A DNA stretch of 64,000 nt from Iphione sp. A-MEVVRFRX5. Its lineage: Eukaryota. This document shows, piece by piece, positions 60,688 through 64,000 of this stretch. How positions within the stretch are numbered: the first letter of the stretch is position 1; each line of letters begins with the position of its first letter. The notes under the pieces were generated by a model. It saw only the letters and a program-made list of their open reading frames with translations, had not been told where the DNA came from and ran no database searches. Both the position numbers and the translations under genes were made by a program. The DNA lies in NCBI GenBank assembly GCA_976226885.1, contig OZ320315.1:46066001-46130000 (forward strand). Reading direction: 5' to 3'.

Positions 60688-63600
60688 GAGATTAAGAGGA
60701 CTCACGTATAATAGGAACTAATGCTGAGTTTCATCTGGGCCATTGAACCCATCGGCCTAGTTCTGAATACAAACAAGCGACAAAGTGCCCACCTCGCCCA
60801 TGGCGTCTCCACCCACCTGGTCGCAGCTGAAGAAGGAAGCAATTAATTGTGGGCAGCCTTGTCCTGGCTATCAAGACACCACACTTTCCCGTCCATTCCC
60901 AGAGCTACCTTTTTCCATTTGATGAGATTGTTAATGCTTTATTCAGAGCTCCATATACTGGTTGCTGGGTCGGCCTGAAGCCACCGACTGACTGGCAGAG
61001 AGTTGTACCGGATTTAATCAATTCAGGCTCCAGAGCGCGGACTTGGGTCGGGATCAAACCGCTGTCAGATAGTCGCCGGCCTAGATGCAGCTCGACCTGC
61101 CTGTCTCATTATTCTGGTTGTCAATGGAACAGGTGGCGACCCCTGGCGCAGGCTGGCGCTGCGGCACACCCCTCTAGTCTAACCCTGTCATGATAGGAGG
61201 TGAGTGCATAATGTTCGTACAGGATCACAGGGATCGCACCGCTGAATTATAGTCCTGGCAACTATACCTAGTTGGGCTGTTCCTTTCTGTTCATTCTTCC
61301 ATCCCTTCCCATCAAAGCGGCCGTTCAAAGTTTGTTCTTTATTGCAATAACAGTATTTGCCCTCTTCAGTACATCTGTTAAGATACAATATCTATCATTG
61401 AGAGACCGGTTTTGCAACCAAGCCACTTTTGTCCTTATTCCTTGTCTTGCTCCTTTGTTCTTGTCCTCTTCCAGTTCTCTTACTCGCAGTGTCTAGTAGT
61501 TATGCCCTGTTATCAAACAGTCCTGCTTTTATCCCTACAACTTTGTTTCTGTATCATTCCCCTTTCTAGAACCCTCCCTTGTCAATCTTTTTCTTGCAAA
61601 AAAAACTAATGATCCTTTCAATAATATCGACATGTTTGATTTTGTTCGCCCTTGGAACGGGGGCGCTCGGCATTCTGACATGGATATGGAATTAATAAGT
61701 AAGCGGCCATAAAACCGTTTCATGAATATGTTCCAAGGAAAACACGAAATCACATAGACCAGTCAGCAGTTACTTGTAGCCTGTCATAAACGCGAGATAA
61801 TCCATTATACGATGAAATACCAAGACTTATTATGATTACATACGAATCATTAAAGGCAGCAGATGGAGGAACAGATTTAAGAACCCGTACCCTTTCAAAT
61901 TGTAAAAGAAAATATTCAGTATATCTATATATACTGACTGTGATATGATTTTCACGACACAGTAAACTAGAGTTCCTTTTTCACGGTTTTGAAAATCTTG
62001 TCTGAGCCATTTCAAATTGGCAAATTAGGAACTTCTTAAAATCTAGTTTTTGTATTTATGCAATTTATATATGACATATCATTTGAACTGAACAGATATT
62101 TCACAACTATCTCAGAATGTACAGAGTCAATCATTTGAGATATGTATTCAGATCGTGTATAAATCTCTACAATTGATCGGTAGACAAATATTTCATTGGC
62201 TATGTAAGTTTGGTAACTGTGATATACAGTTGAGACTCATCAACTGGAGACTCGACAACCAGAGTACTACATTAACCGGTCTAGAACAAATGTATTTTAG
62301 TTACTATTTGTACTGCTTAACCAGAAATTGTTTTCCATATCTGGAGTGTATTTTTCAACTGGTAAAGACAATCATAATAGCATTAATGTTTTAACTGGAC
62401 CAGCATTAGGCCGACTTGGCCATGGTTAGAGACAACACAGTGCGTCATCCAGATGGGGTAGGGGATTCCTTTTGATATAACAGGTGTTAGGGGTCACTCA
62501 GCCAGAACTTTCTACCAGTAGAGACAACCCAGGGTGTCATCCGGGCAGGGCAGGGCAGGGGGGGGGGGGTAGCTTTGATATTATCAGCGTCATGGCTAAT
62601 CGGCCACAGAGACAGCACATAAAAGGTTATAATGTATTCTTTACTGTTATGCAACATTTCCCCACCAGGAGATGTTAGTGTGCTTGACTGAATAACTGGA
62701 GTATCTGGTAACTGGACTAAACTAAAGGGAATTCAGGTAGTTCAGTGGATAAGGTTTGACTATATAGGCAAATGAAGAAATGAATATGAATAAAATACAA
62801 CATTCCCTCTTCACATTGACTGAAGTGAGCTACGATACAATATCAACAAATGTAAAAAAAAAAAAAAAGTTGTAGCTAAACTCCTCTTATAATGCTTATG
62901 AGTTGAGAATATTCCGTGTTTCAAATCAGTGCAGTATGTTACCAAGATCCTTAAGTGCACACGAATATCTGTTCTAATCTTTCCCTTTGTTGCCTCCCCC
63001 TCCACCTGCCGGACCTTTTTTATGTTGCAAAGCAGATAAGTATGCCATGACAATATACGAGCAATCAAACCGTATCAATAAAAATCACATGTAATTAGTT
63101 TTTTACGGAATTGTGTATTATTTCAAATTATCACCCTAAAGAAAACACATTAATGGTATTTTGCAGGTTAGGAGATAAAGAATGCGCAGAAATGCGCTGC
63201 TGCCATATAAGGGGGATTTACTGACAATGAGAGTTTGGTAAACTGTGATGTGATGATTTGGCTCCATGGCCGAAAGAAAAGGTCATAGGGATAAGTAAAG
63301 GTTATCATGTTGACGAGACTGCATATACAATGATGCTATAAGAAGATCTTGACTATCAATACATGTATATGGTGTCATATTCTACATGATAGCGGCTTAT
63401 CAATAGTCTCATCATTTCACTCTCATTTCAAGTCTTGATTTTATGGGGAATCGTTCAATGATAAGCAGGACCTAAGGTAAACCTGCTGCTCACAACAGGT
63501 GGATCATGACGTTAATTAGCTACCGTCCAGGATAAATTTACCGAACAGCTAGAGGGATAATGATCAATTACCATAGGTCAAGTGGCGGTCTTCGCTGATG

Positions 63601-64000
63601 CTAACATTAGAGCAATATGGGGGAGTTCGCTTCTATAAGACAACGAAGCTACCTCCATAACATGCTTTGGCTTATTTTTGTTCTGAAACTTACATATGAG
63701 GCAACAATTCGACGGGAAATTTGTGTGCTATAAAGGCTGCAACTAACAAAACATCCACGTCAGGTAAACATTCAATGTGAGCGACAAGTTCGGATACGTG
63801 AGTACAGACCGTATACAACTCTTCCTAATTTTAATTGGGCTTCGATCCGCCAGTTAAATAATGAATGCGACTTTTCCATTGATAAACAGGTAGGCGGGAT
63901 AGCTGAATGTTACCCAAGGGCCCGCCCAAAGGTTTCTTTAGTGGTAAACTCTCAGGCAGGGAGCTGGATCTTTGCGTATTCGGAATGGTACTGGAATAAC

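Noticed and set aside
61044-61070. Reverse complement GGTTTGATCCCG resembles a tRNA B-box (SINE)
   Set aside because: No A-box or cloverleaf upstream.

Overview
Intron-rich genomic DNA from an animal, probably a marine invertebrate (inferred from GT-AG introns, frequent TACATGTA motifs and the transposon content). There are no prokaryotic features, no CRISPR arrays and no recognisable rRNA or tRNA. Host genes: the last three coding exons of an adiponectin receptor (ADIPOR/PAQR) gene on + (6960-9043), an intronless 246-aa ORF of unknown function (33113-33853), and a signal-peptide first exon in a GC-rich island (46942-47231) that resembles calcium-channel alpha2delta exon 1. Mobile DNA: a nearly intact DIRS-superfamily tyrosine-recombinase (YR) retrotransposon on - (gag, RT, RNase H, YR; about 23550-27790) with two lesions in RT, a 5'-truncated Penelope-like element, a CR1-group LINE 3' fragment, a pogo/Tigger transposase relic, a TA-flanked MITE, several minisatellites and one N gap. 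The strongest new observation is how the YR element appears to be expressed. Its pol frame has no usable ATG and overlaps gag by only 28 nt, and that window contains a canonical A_AAA_AAC -1 slippery site followed by hairpins. YR then follows RNase H in the same frame behind one TAA and a putative splice acceptor, and no terminal repeats were found. All homology calls were made by eye and no database searches were run.
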